Shown: positions 12,463-26,592, counted from the first letter of the stretch. The stretch: DNA of 64,000 bases from Fimicolochytrium jonesii (GCF_025526975.1 NW_026515689.1:434001-498000), one strand, 5' to 3'. Made by a program: numbers and translations. Notes: a model not told the origin generated them from the letters alone.

Positions 12463-14380
12463 ATGCGTGTGAAGACGCTTCAAATTCTATGGCACGACAA
12501 ACAGCCCATTTTCTCAGTCGACTTTGAGCCGAATGGGAACGGTCGTTTTGCGACGGCAGGGGGGGACTACAACGTCAGGGTATGGTTCTTTGCGTTTCGT
12601 GGTTGATGCGATTAGAGGGCTAAAATTTGTTCCCAACAGATATGGAACCTGCAGAAGGAGGAAAACGAACCACCTGTGGTACAGTTTGTGTCAAGTCTGA
12701 ATCGGCATACCGAAGCGGTGAATTGCGTTCGTTGGTCGCCCAAAGGTCCGTAAAGTGCGGGGAGCTGGTGCTATGTTCTCATATGTATTTACAAAGAACT
12801 CTTTTAGGCGGAATTCTGGCGTCAGGAGGAGACGGTACGCCCCTTTGGCGCGCTGCGTAGGGAAGGGCGACAATTTCTGATGCACACTCTTGATCATAGA
12901 TGGGACCATATTCTTATGGCAAAAAGCTGAAAATAGAGATGGAGTCACCTTTGACGAGGAGGACGGAACACTAGAAACTTGGCGCATCGCGCAGGTGCTA
13001 CGGTATGGGAAGCTGCCCATCACTACCCTTGGCAGAGGGATTAACATCCGTGGTTTAGCGGCGCGACGGCAGAGATCTACGACCTTGCGTGGTCGCCCGA
13101 TGCTGCCTACATCATATCAGCCTGCATCAACAACACGGCTCAAATCTTTAGTGTCTCAGAACGTGAGTGCTCCTTGTCGTTCACGGTGTGATCACGCGTA
13201 TTGATTAGTTTCCTACAGAAAAGTGCATTCAGGTGCTCACGGACCATGGTCACTTTGTTCAGGGCGTTGCGTGGGATCCTTTAGGGCAGTATCTGGCGAC
13301 GCAAAGCAGTGACAGGTGCGTTAACAAGGTTTGCCAGGAAAGCTCAACATTCTCGCAAACTAATACGGCAAATTACAACAGATCTGTCAACACTTACATC
13401 TGTGAGAAGAAAAAATCGACCATGTTAGCAAAGCTAACAGGACGCCTTACGAAGCTCGCTTTCGCCAAAGAAGAGAGCCAAGAGCAGTCTGTACAATCCG
13501 ACAACAAAGGCGCTGCTGGAGACACTGCTGACAACTCGAAACCTGACGGCACATCGGCTCCAAACAAGGCCATCGCAAAGAACTTTCGCCTGTTTCATGA
13601 TGAGACCTTGACGTCCTTCTTCCGAAGACTAACGTACACCCCCGACGGAAGCTTACTATTGGCCCCAGCGGGCGTCCACAAAAGTGCAGTTAAGGCTACG
13701 GAGAGTCGAAACAGCGTTTATGTCTATGGCAGGGGAAAGGCTCCGTAAGTTTGGAAAGCGTCTATGATCGCATCCGAACAATATCACTGAACCTCATTAG
13801 TAGACAACCACTGGCATATCTCCCCGGTCATGGGAAGCCCTCGATAGCAATCCGATGTTCACCAGTTCCATACAAACTTCGCAAATCACAGTCTCCCGGA
13901 AAGCCACCATCAGCACCATCACTTTTTGCGTTAGAGCATCGATACATCTTTGCCGTTGGTTGCCAGGATGCCCTTCTCATCTACGACACTCAGCAACGAG
14001 AGCCGATCGCCTACTTGAGCGGACTACATTACGCGACACTCACAGATTTGGCATGGTCTCCGGACGGCTGCACGCTTCTGATAACCTCCACGGACGGATT
14101 TTGTTCCGTAATCTCTTTCGAGAAGGGCGAGTTGGGGGAGACGATCGAGGCGCCACACAAGGCGGCTATAGATCCCTCAATCGGCACACCACCAGCGTCG
14201 CCCACTGCACGGACTCTTACAGCCATAGACACAAGCACGGCCACCCTTCGCATGCCTTTGGCAGCTCAACCTGACATCCCAGTGGCATCAAAACACAGTA
14301 GAGAGGATCCTGCCCGCACGGACAGCGGAGCGCCGGAGAGCAAGAAGCGCCGAATAGCCCCCATATTTTTAGGCAACTGA
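12463..14380 (+). CDS. CAC2: Chromatin assembly factor 1 subunit B (WD40), multi-exon
   Basis: ATG 12463 gives MRVKTLQILWHDKQPIFSVDF; later exons HFVQGVAWDPLGQYLATQSSDR, LFHDETLTSFFRRLTYTPDG, LHYATLTDLAWSPDG; C-terminal KKRRIAP motif. Confidence 0.93.
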
Positions 14381-14519
14381 TCATAAGGTGACCCTTATTT
14401 CATTGTAAATAGTTTAAATAATCGTAGAGGCGGATCTGGTCGGACCTGTCTCACGCGCTCAATTCAAGGCTGTCATTTTTGAGTCCTCCAGATATCTTCC
14501 TCTACGTATCTTCCTGTCG

Positions 14520-14543
14520 TCAATTGACATTCAATTGACATTC
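14520..14543. repeat. Perfect 11-bp tandem duplication (TCAATTGACAT)x2
   Basis: tcaattgacat tcaattgacat tc, upstream of the RdRP gene. Confidence 0.7.
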
Positions 14544-14938
14544 CTACAGATTGCCCATTATTCTGCACTATACAACCGATACCTGCCTTGACGAGAGAAG
14601 CCCACTCACCAACTGAGCTTTACTGGCCGTACCCCAAGTTGCCGTCCTCGGGAATCCTGTGCTTGGGACCTGAATTCGCTTTTCGGCAGCTACAGGCTCA
14701 AGCTCACGTCCAAGGTTTCTGGAACCGTGACGACCCCACACACTTACATATATCAATATATACAAAAAAGCTCTCTCCGGTAAGAGCCAGAGTGGTCTAT
14801 GTCTTTGTGGGCCTTGCTGGCGGTTTGTTGCCGATATATAAACGCTCAGTCGTCCTAGGGCGAACCCTCCATATACCTGATACACTAAATAATGACGCTC
14901 AACCAGGTCTCCGAACCTTTCTTTCAAACTGCGTTTAG

Positions 14939-17900
14939 ATGGACGCTCCAAAATCATCCCGCCAGGGTCGGCAGACACCTGTCCGCGCCCAAGCTGTGAA
15001 CCTTCCCTCAGTCGCTCGCGCAAACAGCTCGCCGAGTCCGCAAACAACTCTTAACGGGGACTCCGATTCTCTCCCACTCTTTGTACGAGGCCTTCCCAAG
15101 GAGGAAGCGATCACGGCCAGGGACCTCGTCCACTTCTTTTCCCGATTTGGCACCGTTGTGCGAGCCAAAGTGCAGAACCGTGATGGGGTTCATACTGGGG
15201 CTGCTACAGTCGACCTTATCGACGTCCAGCGGGACTTCAAGAATAGTATCCTGTCCGATCATGTGCAGTTCGAGGTGTACAAAGAGAATCCCAGGGTGGT
15301 ATTCAATATTCAGCGAGACAGGAAAAGATCCGGTCAACATCCGAACAGACACCGTCCAAGATTCGAAACGGATGTACTAGAGATGGATAGATTTACGGTC
15401 GGCACCTTGATGAACTCCAACACATTTTACGAGTGTTGGGAGTGCAGTCAAGCTATCAGCCTGGAGTTCGAGTATTCTGGTGAGTGATCCGTAGACTAGA
15501 TGTTTGGATATGAGCATATTGCTGACGAAGTACTCAGACTGGCAAAGCGCAACGGTGTCATTTGTACGCAATGGCACTACGTATCAGCTGGTGTACAAGT
15601 TCAAAAAGTATGTCACACGTGCAATCGCATCGAAACTCACTGCTCACACATGTTCGCAACGCTGGTAGCATACGAAACACTTTCAAGGTGGACAAACGGA
15701 CGAACGGCACGCAGGTTACCTACCACATCGTCGCGTCTCTAAGTCTTCCACCCCAGGTGCTCTATGTTGCCGAAGATCCGTTCTTCTGGAGAGCGAAGGG
15801 CCAGGAAAGGGAGCGCATCGCGTTCCCTTACATTGCTGGTCAACAGCTTCCTCTCAATGCTTTCTTTAATGACCCAGAGTACGAAGGACCCCTCGTGCGC
15901 GCCGTGCCGGACACGGGAAGATTCATGGATCATCATTACGAGGTCACCTACGAGAGCGCTGCGGGGATCGCTGGAGTGGCGGAGCGCAAGTTTTTAGATA
16001 CCATGGCACGCCTTGTGCATTATGGAATCATCACAGACCGCCGGATTTTCGCCGAAATCGACTTTCTGAAACCTGCAGACGTGCCTACGCCTTATAACAT
16101 TCAAGACGCCCCAATCCCGTAGTAAGACTTGTAATCTCGTGAGAACGGACATGGCAGTGGTGTTCTGATGCGCTTACTTTACAGCAACGTCAAATTTAAA
16201 CTTCTGAACCTGTTGTCGAACAACATTGTCTCCGAGTTCTCCATCGACGACGAGTTCATCGCTCTTCTCAACAGCGCCCCTCATGACATCGTAGAGGGTG
16301 CACTCGAAAAACTGACCAAACACAAACAACAGATCTGGAACCCATCGGAATCCTTGCAAATGGAGCTCGCAGACACTGCCGCCATTCGCGATAAGATCCT
16401 CAGCAGAGAGAGGCTAAACTACAATCAACGCCTCATCCGAAAGATCATCATCACTCCGACAAAGATCTATTATCAAGGTCCTCAGCTTGAGCTCGCAAAT
16501 CGGATTCTGAGAACGTATAAAGACCATGCAGATGATTTCATGCGAGTAGCGTTTGCGGACGATGATTTGGGCAAAATAAATAATGGACCAAACGCCGATA
16601 TGCTTTTCAAAAGGATCCAGGCCATCATGGATGCGGGTGTCATTGTGGCTGGAAGGAGGTTTGAGTTCCTACATTACTCCAACAGGTTGGTGACAGCTCT
16701 CGACGGGGACCGGCGGCCTCCCACTGACTCACCCTCGGTTGCAGCTCCATGAAAACGGCGGGGTGTTGGTTCATCTGTCCGTTCACGGAGAAAGGCAAGA
16801 AGATTGATGCTGAAATGATCTGCATATCTATTGGGGACTTTAGTGGCATTTCCAACCCCGCAACCCTCGGCGCACGGTATGGTGTTATAGTATTTCGGGC
16901 GCTTTTCAAGCATTCGTGCATCTTACTAGCTTTTCTATTCGCATGCTCCCATAGAATGGCGCAATGCTTCAGTTCGACAACGGTAACGGGGAGGCTCCGC
17001 GAGTTCAATGTCAAGAACATTGACGACATTGAGAGGAACGGCCACTGTTTCAGTGATGGGGTCGGCCTAATCGGAAAGAATGTTGCATATAACAATTGTG
17101 GAGAGCTCAGGAAGTGGGTTCCGCATGCGTAGCTTTGGAGACAAGAATCAGGTCTGACAAGCCATTTGTCCTAAACAGATACATGCGTGTAAAACCAAGC
17201 ACTCCATCGGCTTTCCAATTCCGTATGGGTGGAGCGAAGGGTGGTGAGTATAGGCATGCTTAGCAAGACGTTTGTACCGTTCATAACTAAAAACCATCGC
17301 TCTGTTGGAAAGTCTTGACTCTGGATAAGAGGATTCCGAAAGATGAAGTGCATTTGCGGAAGAGTCAGAGGAAGTAAGTGGTGCTCTTGCGCAACTGTGG
17401 CCCACGAAGAACGTTGGAGCGTGCGTTAGCTTACTGGTATTCTTATACTTTCTGTTGCAGGTTTCCTTCCACACATCTGGCGTTCGAAGTCTGCCGGACG
17501 AGCTTCTACTCGCCGGGGTTTTTAAACCATCAGTACGTCATATTGCTGGAGACCCTGGGGATCAAACAAGAAGTACGTAACGCTTTGTTGTCTTTCGGAT
17601 GTCGCAGTGTCTCATTCGGGTCATGATGTCCGTTGTGCTTCGTCTCCCGAAGGTCTTTCTGAAACTGCGCGACGAGGCTATTCAACAGCTCGACGAAGCT
17701 TTGCAGAAGCCCGATGAGGCCATCAAGGCCTTGACTGAAACTTCAGACGAAACAAACGAGATAGCCCAGGCGCTGATCCGGATGATTCAAGCGGGCTTTT
17801 TCGAGATCAACGAACCCTATCTCGTCAACCTGCTGAAGCTTTTCAGAGCGATTCAATTGAGGGACATGAAGCGGCGAGCCAAAGTCCACATTCGGAAAGG

Positions 17901-19588
17901 ATGCAATCTGCTGGGAGTCATGGATGAAACCGGCGAACTGCCGGAGAACAAGCTCTTCCTTCAGTACACCAATCCTTCAACGAACAAGAAGGAAATTGTT
18001 ACCGGCCCTGTCCTCGTTACCCGCTCTCCGTGTCTGCATCCTGGTGACGTGCAGGTGGTTGAGTGCGTCAATCTAGAAAGTCTTCGGCACTTGGTTGACG
18101 TAGTAGTATTCTCTCAACACGGTCAAAGGCCTCTTCCAAACATGCTCGCCGGCGGGGATTTGGATGGCGACACTTTCTTCGTGAGCTGGGATCAACGACT
18201 GCTTCCGAAGAAAACCCATGAACCGATGACCTATGCTACGGGAGCTACTGGACATCCAGATAAAGCAATGCTTGCCAAAGTCAAAGAGTAAGTGCGAGGT
18301 TTAGTTTCTGTGACGTGCATTCACCTGACCCCCCGCGTTCGACACCAGGCACTTCGTCAATTTCCTGCAGCAGGACAACCTAGGGAAGATCGACAATGCT
18401 TGGAAAGCATGGGCTGACTTGAGTGACGATGGCGCGAGAGATCCCAAAGCTATCCGGCTCGCGGAGCTGCACTCGGATGCCGTTGACTTCGCTAAAAAGG
18501 TGGGTTTCGGACACCGTCCCTACATCATTGGCCTGTCTTGACCTGACTATCTCGGCCATTCTTCTAGGGAGTTCCTGCGCGCATGGATCCCGAATCAAAA
18601 CCCAAACAGTGGCCGGATTTCATGGAGAAACCAGAGTCCAAGAACACCTACCGCAGTAGGAAAGCGGTCGGAGCGATCTACCGAAGTATAAGTGTCGAAC
18701 TACAGCTGGTCAAAGAATTCAAACCTCGTCCGGAATTGGTCGTCGCTGGCTATGAACAATACTTGGAGGATGCGATCCTGAACAAAAAGGCTTATGACAA
18801 TCAGATCATAGCGTTGATGAATCAGTACAATGTCAAGTATGGCTTTTGATGAAGTCGCATATTGTCTCTAACAAACTAACAATGTACTCTTCCAAAGCTC
18901 CGAGTTCGAATTGGTCTCTGGATACATGTTCAAGCTTGACGAAGCCGGCATAAAAAAGCGTCCGCAGGAATTGAAGGAACAAGTCATGCAAGCGGTCTCT
19001 ACCATTCAAGGGCACTATCGCAAGCTGTTCTTTGATGACAACATTTTGGCCGATCCCATGATGAAACCATTCAAGGAGAACATTCTCAACAGGAACGAAC
19101 GGTCTGGTTTAGTCAATGACCGCCTCCCGCTCTCGGAGAAGGTCCGTCGGAAAGCCTCCGCTTGGTACATGGCTGCGTACGATGATCGGATAACGACAAA
19201 AGTCAGCACCGCTGGTGTCTCGCCAGCCGCGCCCCTTCCTGTGACTGCGGTATCCGATTTGCCAACGCAGCTTGACCCGGCAGAACTCCAAGCTGCAGAA
19301 CGACGCCGCGCGACAATGGTTGACCGAGAAGCTGCCGAATATCAAGACATAGATTGGGACATGAACGGCCGTTTTTACAGCTTTCCTTGGATCTTGCACG
19401 ACCTCCTGTGCAACATTTACGTCACCGCCACGTCGCAACGACAAGGTACTGCAGGCACGGCAGAATATCGCGCCGGAGCAGGGAATACAGGTTATGTCGC
19501 TGAGGCAATGACCGCCGCTCGAGAGCCGACTGAGGTGTACCTGAGACCTCCCGGATCCGATGTGTTCTTTCAGAGGGTCGCTGGATGA
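14939..19588 (+). CDS. Cellular RNA-dependent RNA polymerase (RNAi type) with N-terminal RRM, multi-exon
   Basis: RRM LFVRGLP...FSRFGTV; RdRP motifs NRILR, FMRVAFADD, FSDGVG, FQFRMGGAKG, GVMDETG, TRSPCLHPGD, catalytic AGGDLDGD, LHSDAVDFAK, WPDFMEK. Confidence 0.95.
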
Positions 19589-19883
19589 GTCATGCTCAAA
19601 AAACACTAGGAACGCCGGCGAGCATTCCGACCCGTATCACACACAGCTCGAACGGCGTTGATTCGGCTACCTCACTCCGCTTTGGTTTTCGCGACGCATC
19701 CTTGTCACGGCGTACTTTACCCCATCTCCCTTTTGCTTCAAAATCATGAGATTGCTCGCGGCTTGGCCGTTTTTTATTTTGCACGGTATTATACCCATCA
19801 TCATTCTATTCCCAAAAATCCGAAATGTACAAGCGTAAAATATAGCGAAGTCTTTCTAGTTGGAATTACTTCCACGCATTTCT

Positions 19884-22800
19884 CTACTGTTCCTTAGCAG
19901 GCGACGCTGTCGCACTTTGCCCAATTGGAGCTGTACTAGCCGCCCCGTTGGCATTGGCCGCAGCCGCACCACTGCCTTGATTCTTCGCCGCGATCACATC
20001 TCTCAGTAGCGAGGCTTGGGCCTCAACGTCTACGCTCGGCGCTACCCGCCAGCCATGAGTTTTACCGGGGCCCGTCTCCTTGCTTCTGAGATCACCAGAT
20101 GCTGCTATTGCGTTGAATCCAGCGTCCTGCGAGATCGGTTCTGTTGTGGACCTGATGGAATCGGTGCCATGTGGCCCGAGCTTTTTCAGTTTGTACACAT
20201 TTACGGAGCCGTTATCGTCTCCAGTGAGTACGACCGGGGTTGTATGCGCAAACACAATGGTAGTGAGCTGGCGATCGAGGACCGTGTGGAGGATAACCGG
20301 ATCCAAACTGCAATATGATCGATGAAGTGGGCAATGAGTTTCATGGCCGTTACTTTGAAGGCGAGAAGTGATAGGACGAAACTTACACTGAGAATTGCAA
20401 ATCCCATATCTCCATGCGCCCGTCTGTAGACACACATCCGAAAACCGTCGAGAATGCCGGTGACCACGCGATGTCCGTGATCGTGTCCTGCAGCAGAGGG
20501 TGGGGATCAGTTTCGCTTGCCGCTTCCAAATGCTGTTTCGCCGCTCATAAGATCTCACCTTTCCTCCCTGGAACCGCATGATACATTCATCCCCCTCATC
20601 CTCTTTCCAAAGCCGGGCCGTCCAATCGCTACTGCAGCTGAGGAAGATGCCGGGCAGGAATGGAGAATATCGCACTCGGTTGACGGGCCCGGTGTGGCCC
20701 ATGTATGTTTGTAGGTATTGTTCGTTGTATGATGGAGAGCAGCGATGCAGGTTGTTGTCGTCGGTACCGACGATGTAGCTGGAGGGGAATGGTGTGGTCA
20801 GATGAGCAATCATAATCGCTTGTGGCTTCGGTACATATCAGCACACTTACGTTGTGGGATCTTTGGGGGAGAAGTCGAAACAGAGGCCTCCAGATTGACG
20901 CGCAATGAATGACCCAGGTTTGGCAGCAGCTTTCACGGAAGACGCTGGTCCACCGGATGGGCCTCCGGGCGTTGCAACGTCGCTTTGCTTCGCTACTCGT
21001 TTCAGGCTCATGAGATCTACCCGAGACGAAATGCATAAGTTTGCTGAGTTCAACACTCATCGCGAGTCCCAGTCTACGGACGACCCTACCAACTGATTCC
21101 AGCCCCTTTTTGACTGTCCACCCCACAACTCGGCCTTCAGTCCCGACGCTGATCAACCACTCCCCAGCGCCGCTACCCCCACCGCCTTCCTCCGCCCGCT
21201 CTCTCTCAACCCACTGCAATTCCCAAACGGGGTCCCTATGTCTCCCCGGCAGCTCCGCGGTCGTCAACAGAGGCGGTGAATCCGGCTCAGGATGTCGGAT
21301 GTCATAGATCTGAATCGCGCCATTGATATACCCACACGCCAACAGATTGGGCGTCGCGTTCGAGAACGATAGCGATGTGCATGCGTAAGCTGACCGGTAG
21401 ATCCGTTCAGGCCATTCTGGGTTCTTGACATTCCAGCAAAGGACCAGTCCGAGGACGGGGTTTGGGCCTGGTTTTTGGTCCCCGTAGGCGACGGCGATGA
21501 TGTCCTCGTTTTCTTTGTTGATTTCCATGAACGTTACTGCCCGGCCGCGGGTGAGCTCGCACCGGTAGGACCAGAGGAAGTCGACGGTTGGGATGTCCAT
21601 TCCGCGGGACTCCTTGGCTTAAGGAGAATGAGATGAGTGTCTTCTCCCTACGAATCAGAAGAAGTAAAGTGTCGTACCTCGCTCTTCTTCCCCGCGCATG
21701 ACATTTTGTAAGTCATCAAAGCTGCCATGTCCAAGTTCTTCCTGCCGCGCGGCTGCCTTTTTGTTCGCTACATCTTCAGCGTCCTCAACATCGCGATACA
21801 GCAACAGCTTTTTGTCCAGATTGTTTGCCACCACCGCGCGCTCCATTATTCGCAAATTCGTTCGGAGCGACTCTTGATTCAGCTGGAGGCCAACGATTGT
21901 AAGTCAACTGAGCAGCGTGAACTCTGCAGACGAGGGTGCAGTGCAGATGATGAATATGCATACATACCATCGCAACCGCCGCCTCCCCAGAAAGCTCCAC
22001 CACATCCTCCTTCCGTGCACCCGTAGCAGACCTGACGCTCGTCCGCCTTGCGCCCGGTCCCACACTGGCAAAGACATCGCTCACTGTTTCCCCCTCTGGT
22101 AAGAAAACAGAACGCGAGACACCGGGAGGCTCGGACATCATCATCGACGAGCCGAGTTTTGAGAGGAGGGCGGATCCACTGACGGATGACTGTAAGGTGG
22201 CGGATTGATTTGATGGGAGACTAGTTTGAGTTCCTAGTGAGGGTGAGATCTCGAGGGAGTCGATGTCTGCTTCTCTGCCCCTGTAGGATATTCATGGCCT
22301 TAAGCATACGCTTACGCACGCTCACTTTCAGGCATTCACTCACCCGTCAGCATCATTCTTAGCAGCTTCACTCCCCACCGTCGCATCAAAAATCTCCCAC
22401 TGCGTCACCATACACTCCGCATGCACCATCTTGGGCCCCACCGCCTGCACCTCCTTTGTCTTGACCGGATCATTAAACGTCTGCTGCGACCGCGACACAA
22501 AGTTCTCATTGCCCTCCCTGGCCGCCAGTATCGCGGCGTATCGCTCGTTGGCCGATTTGGCGGCGGTCGCCTCTTCGGAGAAATCGGTGGAGACGGTCGT
22601 GGAGGGGATGTCGAGAAGGAAGATAGTGGCAGTTTCGGTGAGCTCGATGTTGACGGGTTTGATGAGGTCGGCTTCGGTTACTGGTTTGTGGGAAGGTGTG
22701 TGCGCAGTGGCGAGGCCTTCTGGTCGGTTTTTCCTCCCTGCTGGATGCCGGATATGGGGTCAATTGGTACGATCTCGCCACGTTGCTGCGGTGGAACGTC

Positions 22801-23575
22801 TGCCCATCCACAACACGTCGCTAAGAACTCACCTTCATTCTCATCCCCCGAATCACCACTCCCCGCAGACGCCGTATCGTCCTCATCCATGCTCTCAGCG
22901 CCAGACATCCGGCTCGCGTTCGAGAAGCTCATCCCCATTGTCCCTGACCTTCCATACATTGACGCATTCCACGATGCTTGCGTCATGGATTCGAGGTTGT
23001 TGAGCACGTCCGCCACTGTTTCCTGTTGACCGGATCTCAGATGACGTCCTCTCACGATTCAACGCCATAACATAGCATAACCCACCCTAGCGGTACTAGC
23101 AATACTCCCCTCCAAGTTGATAGTCCCATGTCCCTTCCTTGCTCCCGTCATATGCGGCGCATGCGGCTGCCCCCCACCCAACAAGCTCAACGGCGTGACA
23201 TCATTCCCATCCTCATCGAGCACCTGCACGACTTTATCGGGCACGCGTCCGCGCTGCATCTCCTGGGATGCGCGGATACGTTGTTGAGAGCCGCGGGAGT
23301 GGGACATCATGGAGCCGGGGCCGGCGCGGGATCGGACGGAAACGGAGCCGGAGTCGAGGCGTTGGGAGGCGTTTACGAGGTTGTTGCGAGAGCCGCTGGA
23401 TCTTTTGGGGAAGGATGGGTGTGAGATAGGTTGGGTGGAGAGGAAGTCGAGGCTGATTCCCCCGGGAATTTAGTTGCAGCATATGGTTATTGACTTACCT
23501 TATTCCTGCTTTCAGGTTCCGTTTGGCTGCAGCGCTCGGCGGCACGGGCCGGATGGGTGGAGCGGCACCCTCCAT
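19884..23575 (-). CDS. DNAI4: Axonemal dynein intermediate chain DNAI4/WDR78 (IC138-like), multi-exon; start approximate
   Basis: LRIMERAVVAN, LWSYRCELTRGRAVT, WNVKNPEWPERIY, HRDPVWELQW, YIVGTDDNNLHRCSPSYNEQYLQTY, GHTGPV match the WDR78 family. Confidence 0.88.
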
Positions 23576-24227
23576 AGCTTTAATCAGGTGTGCGTAGCAA
23601 TGATGTAGGTGGTTTTTTTACTCTTCACAAAAGCTAGACGACCGTGATAAGGGTAGCTATGTATAAATATCAGTTCTTCGTCGTGTTGTGTTCAGTCGTA
23701 GATGGGAGAGAGCTGGCGGTCTCTATAGATTTGGAACCATGTCCGGATTGCAGAAAGTCCCGCTTGCACGCGTCACGCGTTTCTGTTCCCAACTTGTCAA
23801 CCCGCAACTCGTCTCGGACAACGGCCTGAACATGGACGTATGTACTGTATTTTCGGTACAGGACATGCCGTACCCGTTTCAAGTTTGCTGGCTTCCGCCA
23901 TGTATACATCTGATGAATGGGGACGGGTAGCATTGTAGCATAGCAGCATCATGTACTGAACGGACCATTAACTATCAATCCGTCGCCCATCCGGGATGGA
24001 ACTCAATTTCCCGACCAAATCCAGTGCGCCCGTTCATGTTGACAATCAATAATAACAGCAGGTGGATGTTTTTCGTACGTTATATGCATCACACCTAAAT
24101 GGTTTATACAATCTTCCCTATGAGCACATGTGATGTACAAGTATGCCTCCCCGACCACTACGCCTTCCTTCCAAAAATGTTTATGCTGTGCCTCACTACA
24201 TATCTACATACGCGCAACGTGCTCCGT

Positions 24228-26478
24228 TCACCGAAACATCCCAACAAAGATCCCAAACTGCACCAAGCTAATATCCGCCCTCGCCAGCATCATCTCCCAT
24301 TTCGCATCAAAGTCGACTTCTCCCGCCAGGACCGGGGATCGTTTGCACAGCCTGGGGATGTGGCGACATTAGTGATCTGAGGGATATCGCAGGCAAGCGA
24401 AGGGGGGAACTCACACTTTTAGCAAGATGACGCCGAGGACCCATTCTTCGAGTGTTGGGAGCATGACTGTTGCCTCGGTGAGGGATAAGGTGGCGATTAG
24501 GTCTGAGAGGTCTTGGTGGATGTTTGTCGATATTTGGTACTCTCTGCTCATCAAAGAGAGACTGGAGGGAACACCGTCAGTGTACGCACCTGCGAGAATG
24601 AAAGATAATATAGAAGCACCTACATGGCTACTATCCGCTGACAGAAGATCTGTTTGCGTATGCGTGTCTCCTCCGTCTCCGGAGCTGCCACCGGCTTCTC
24701 GTCCGTCGAGGCGACATATGTTTTCGTCTCCCGCGTGATGATGCGTCCGAGGGTAGTGACCGTTTTGCCAAAGAGGGATAACTTTAGGTCGAGCTTCTTT
24801 CTCCCACGCTGTCCTGGTGGCAGTGCTGCACTGGTTTGGTCTCGAGAAGGCTGCCCTGTCCTGTTGGTGTTGTCGGTTGGTGCGAATGACTCTAACACTC
24901 GATCGCTTTTGAAGACGGTCGGATGTATAGGTCTGTGGGGCGCGGTTGGTCCATTGCGTGGTGTGCGGATCTTTCCTTTCGCGGTTGCGACGGGGATTTC
25001 GCCGTCCACTAATATCGTGGGGATGATTGGATGGGTTTGATCTGGGAATGCTGCCGCGGATTTCTGCTGAGTAGATTCCGTCCCTGCCACGTTGCTGCCA
25101 TGTTCCGGCTCTTTAACTGGGGTTGTCGAAGGTCCCACCTTCTCTAGATCACTAGCCTTTCCTTTCGCTCTCCTCTTCGCAACCTTTCGCACGCGAAATG
25201 TGTAGCCTTCTATGTCTGCGGCGATGCTACTGGCATCCGCTATCGCCACCGGAGCGCTGGGTATCTCCTCCACCTTCCTTTCGCTGACCACCACAGTTTC
25301 CTTCGTCTTCGTAGTGACTTCTGCCAACAGATGCTGCACGTATGAAGACACGAGCTTATTTCGAGATGGCGGAGTAGCTGGTATGCCGACAATGCTTTCA
25401 GCGTCACTGAGATTGGAGGGCATAAGTGAAATGCTTCGAGGCGATATCCAACGATCAATGGCAAATGTACCTTGATGAGAACGCCACCGGTATGACTTCG
25501 ACAGGCGCGGTTCTGAAAGGAAAGGGAATCATTGACCATCAATGAATATCCATCATCATCAACCACGATGCGCGTATGAAAAAAAAGACCGCTCGCTGTC
25601 CCGCACAGAAAGAACGACCGTTTGCTGTCGCTCACAGTTGAAGACAGGGGCTCGCTTCGCTCGCCATTGCACCGCATCGCACCATCGCACCATTTGCAGT
25701 GCGAGAAGCGGTAGCTCGCTGAGGCTAAGAACCGTGGTTAGGGGAAGCGTTGCGCCTTTGCCGCAATGTGGCTCGCCTGCCTGAAGCCTACCTGCTCCTC
25801 GCTTCGCTCGGCGCAGTCCGCACTCGCCTCCAGGTCGCCTAGCGGCTCCTTTGCGCGAATCAACCTCAAGGTATCTCCTCGCTGAGGCTCGCGGGCCTCG
25901 CTTCCCATGCTCGCGTACCTTCTCGTATTCGTCATGTATACGGGCTCCTCAGACAGCTGACCACGAAAGTAATCGCTGGAAGCCATGCAAGCGGATGAAC
26001 AAAACTTTTTAAGGTCTGTAATGTCAAAGACTTTCTGCTCGGCGCGCGATATCCTGAATTTGCCTTTGATCTCTGTCACTGGTTTGTCGCAAAGCGGGTA
26101 TCCGCATAGCTTGTCCGCCACCCTCTCGGTGACCACATCATCATAATCGGACTGGGATAGGTATTTCGCCTGTGGTCGTAGGGAGGGAGAGTGAGCAGGG
26201 GTAACACGCAACATGGCTAACAAGAGGACAATGGTTACCGCAGCTGCCAAGTGCTGTTGTGCAACGGCCCCTTCAAACAAGCGGCGTTGGACTGCAAAGA
26301 TCTTCCTCTCCCAGGCAGCCTTCAAAGCAGCGGATTGTGCAGCAGCCTTTTGGTTTACTGTTCGTGCCTTGGCCACCCTGTCTCCCTTCAGACCACTTTT
26401 AAGCTTCCCGGAACTAGAGTTGCCAGGGAGGCCAGCGCCCCTTTCCGACAATGGGCTCGGTGCTGGTGGGGCGTGCAT
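24228..26478 (-). CDS. RTR1: RNA polymerase II CTD phosphatase Rtr1/RPAP2, multi-exon, with one 406-nt intron (25513-25918)
   Basis: YLSQSDYDDVVTER...CGYPLC...KFCSSACM zinc-finger core; RPAP2-like C-terminal region (LSLFGK; DLIATLSL...EEWVL); the traced splicing keeps frame to TGA at 24228-24230. Confidence 0.88.
25714..25770 (-). repeat. Shared intronic element, copy A (RTR1 long intron)
   Basis: Sense sequence CACATTGCGGCAAAGGCGCAACGCTTCCCCTAACCACGGTTCTTAGCCTCAGCGAGC; 51 identities in a 62-column manual alignment with copy B at 29592-29653. Confidence 0.9.
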
Positions 26479-26539
26479 GTTTGGACTTTCGCCAAGAAAA
26501 GCTGCGGAGGGCTCCAGCAACGAAGCGTATTACTGTTGT

Positions 26540-26592
26540 TACAGTAACACTGAACTTTTGACAAAAGGAGGATATTGTATGTATGTACAGTA
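26540..26592. promoter_or_regulatory. Two TACAGTA motifs in the RTR1/cytochrome b5 divergent promoter (example of a window-wide motif)
   Basis: TACAGTA at 26540 and 26586; the same TACWGTA 7-mer recurs in many other upstream regions. Confidence 0.5.

Noticed and set aside
25470..25520. Plus-strand CCTTGATGA...CTGAAAGG resembling a C/D-box snoRNA or hammerhead core
   Set aside because: Too short, antisense to the host gene, lacks exact CUGAUGA, and coincides with a small RTR1 coding exon and its splice sites.
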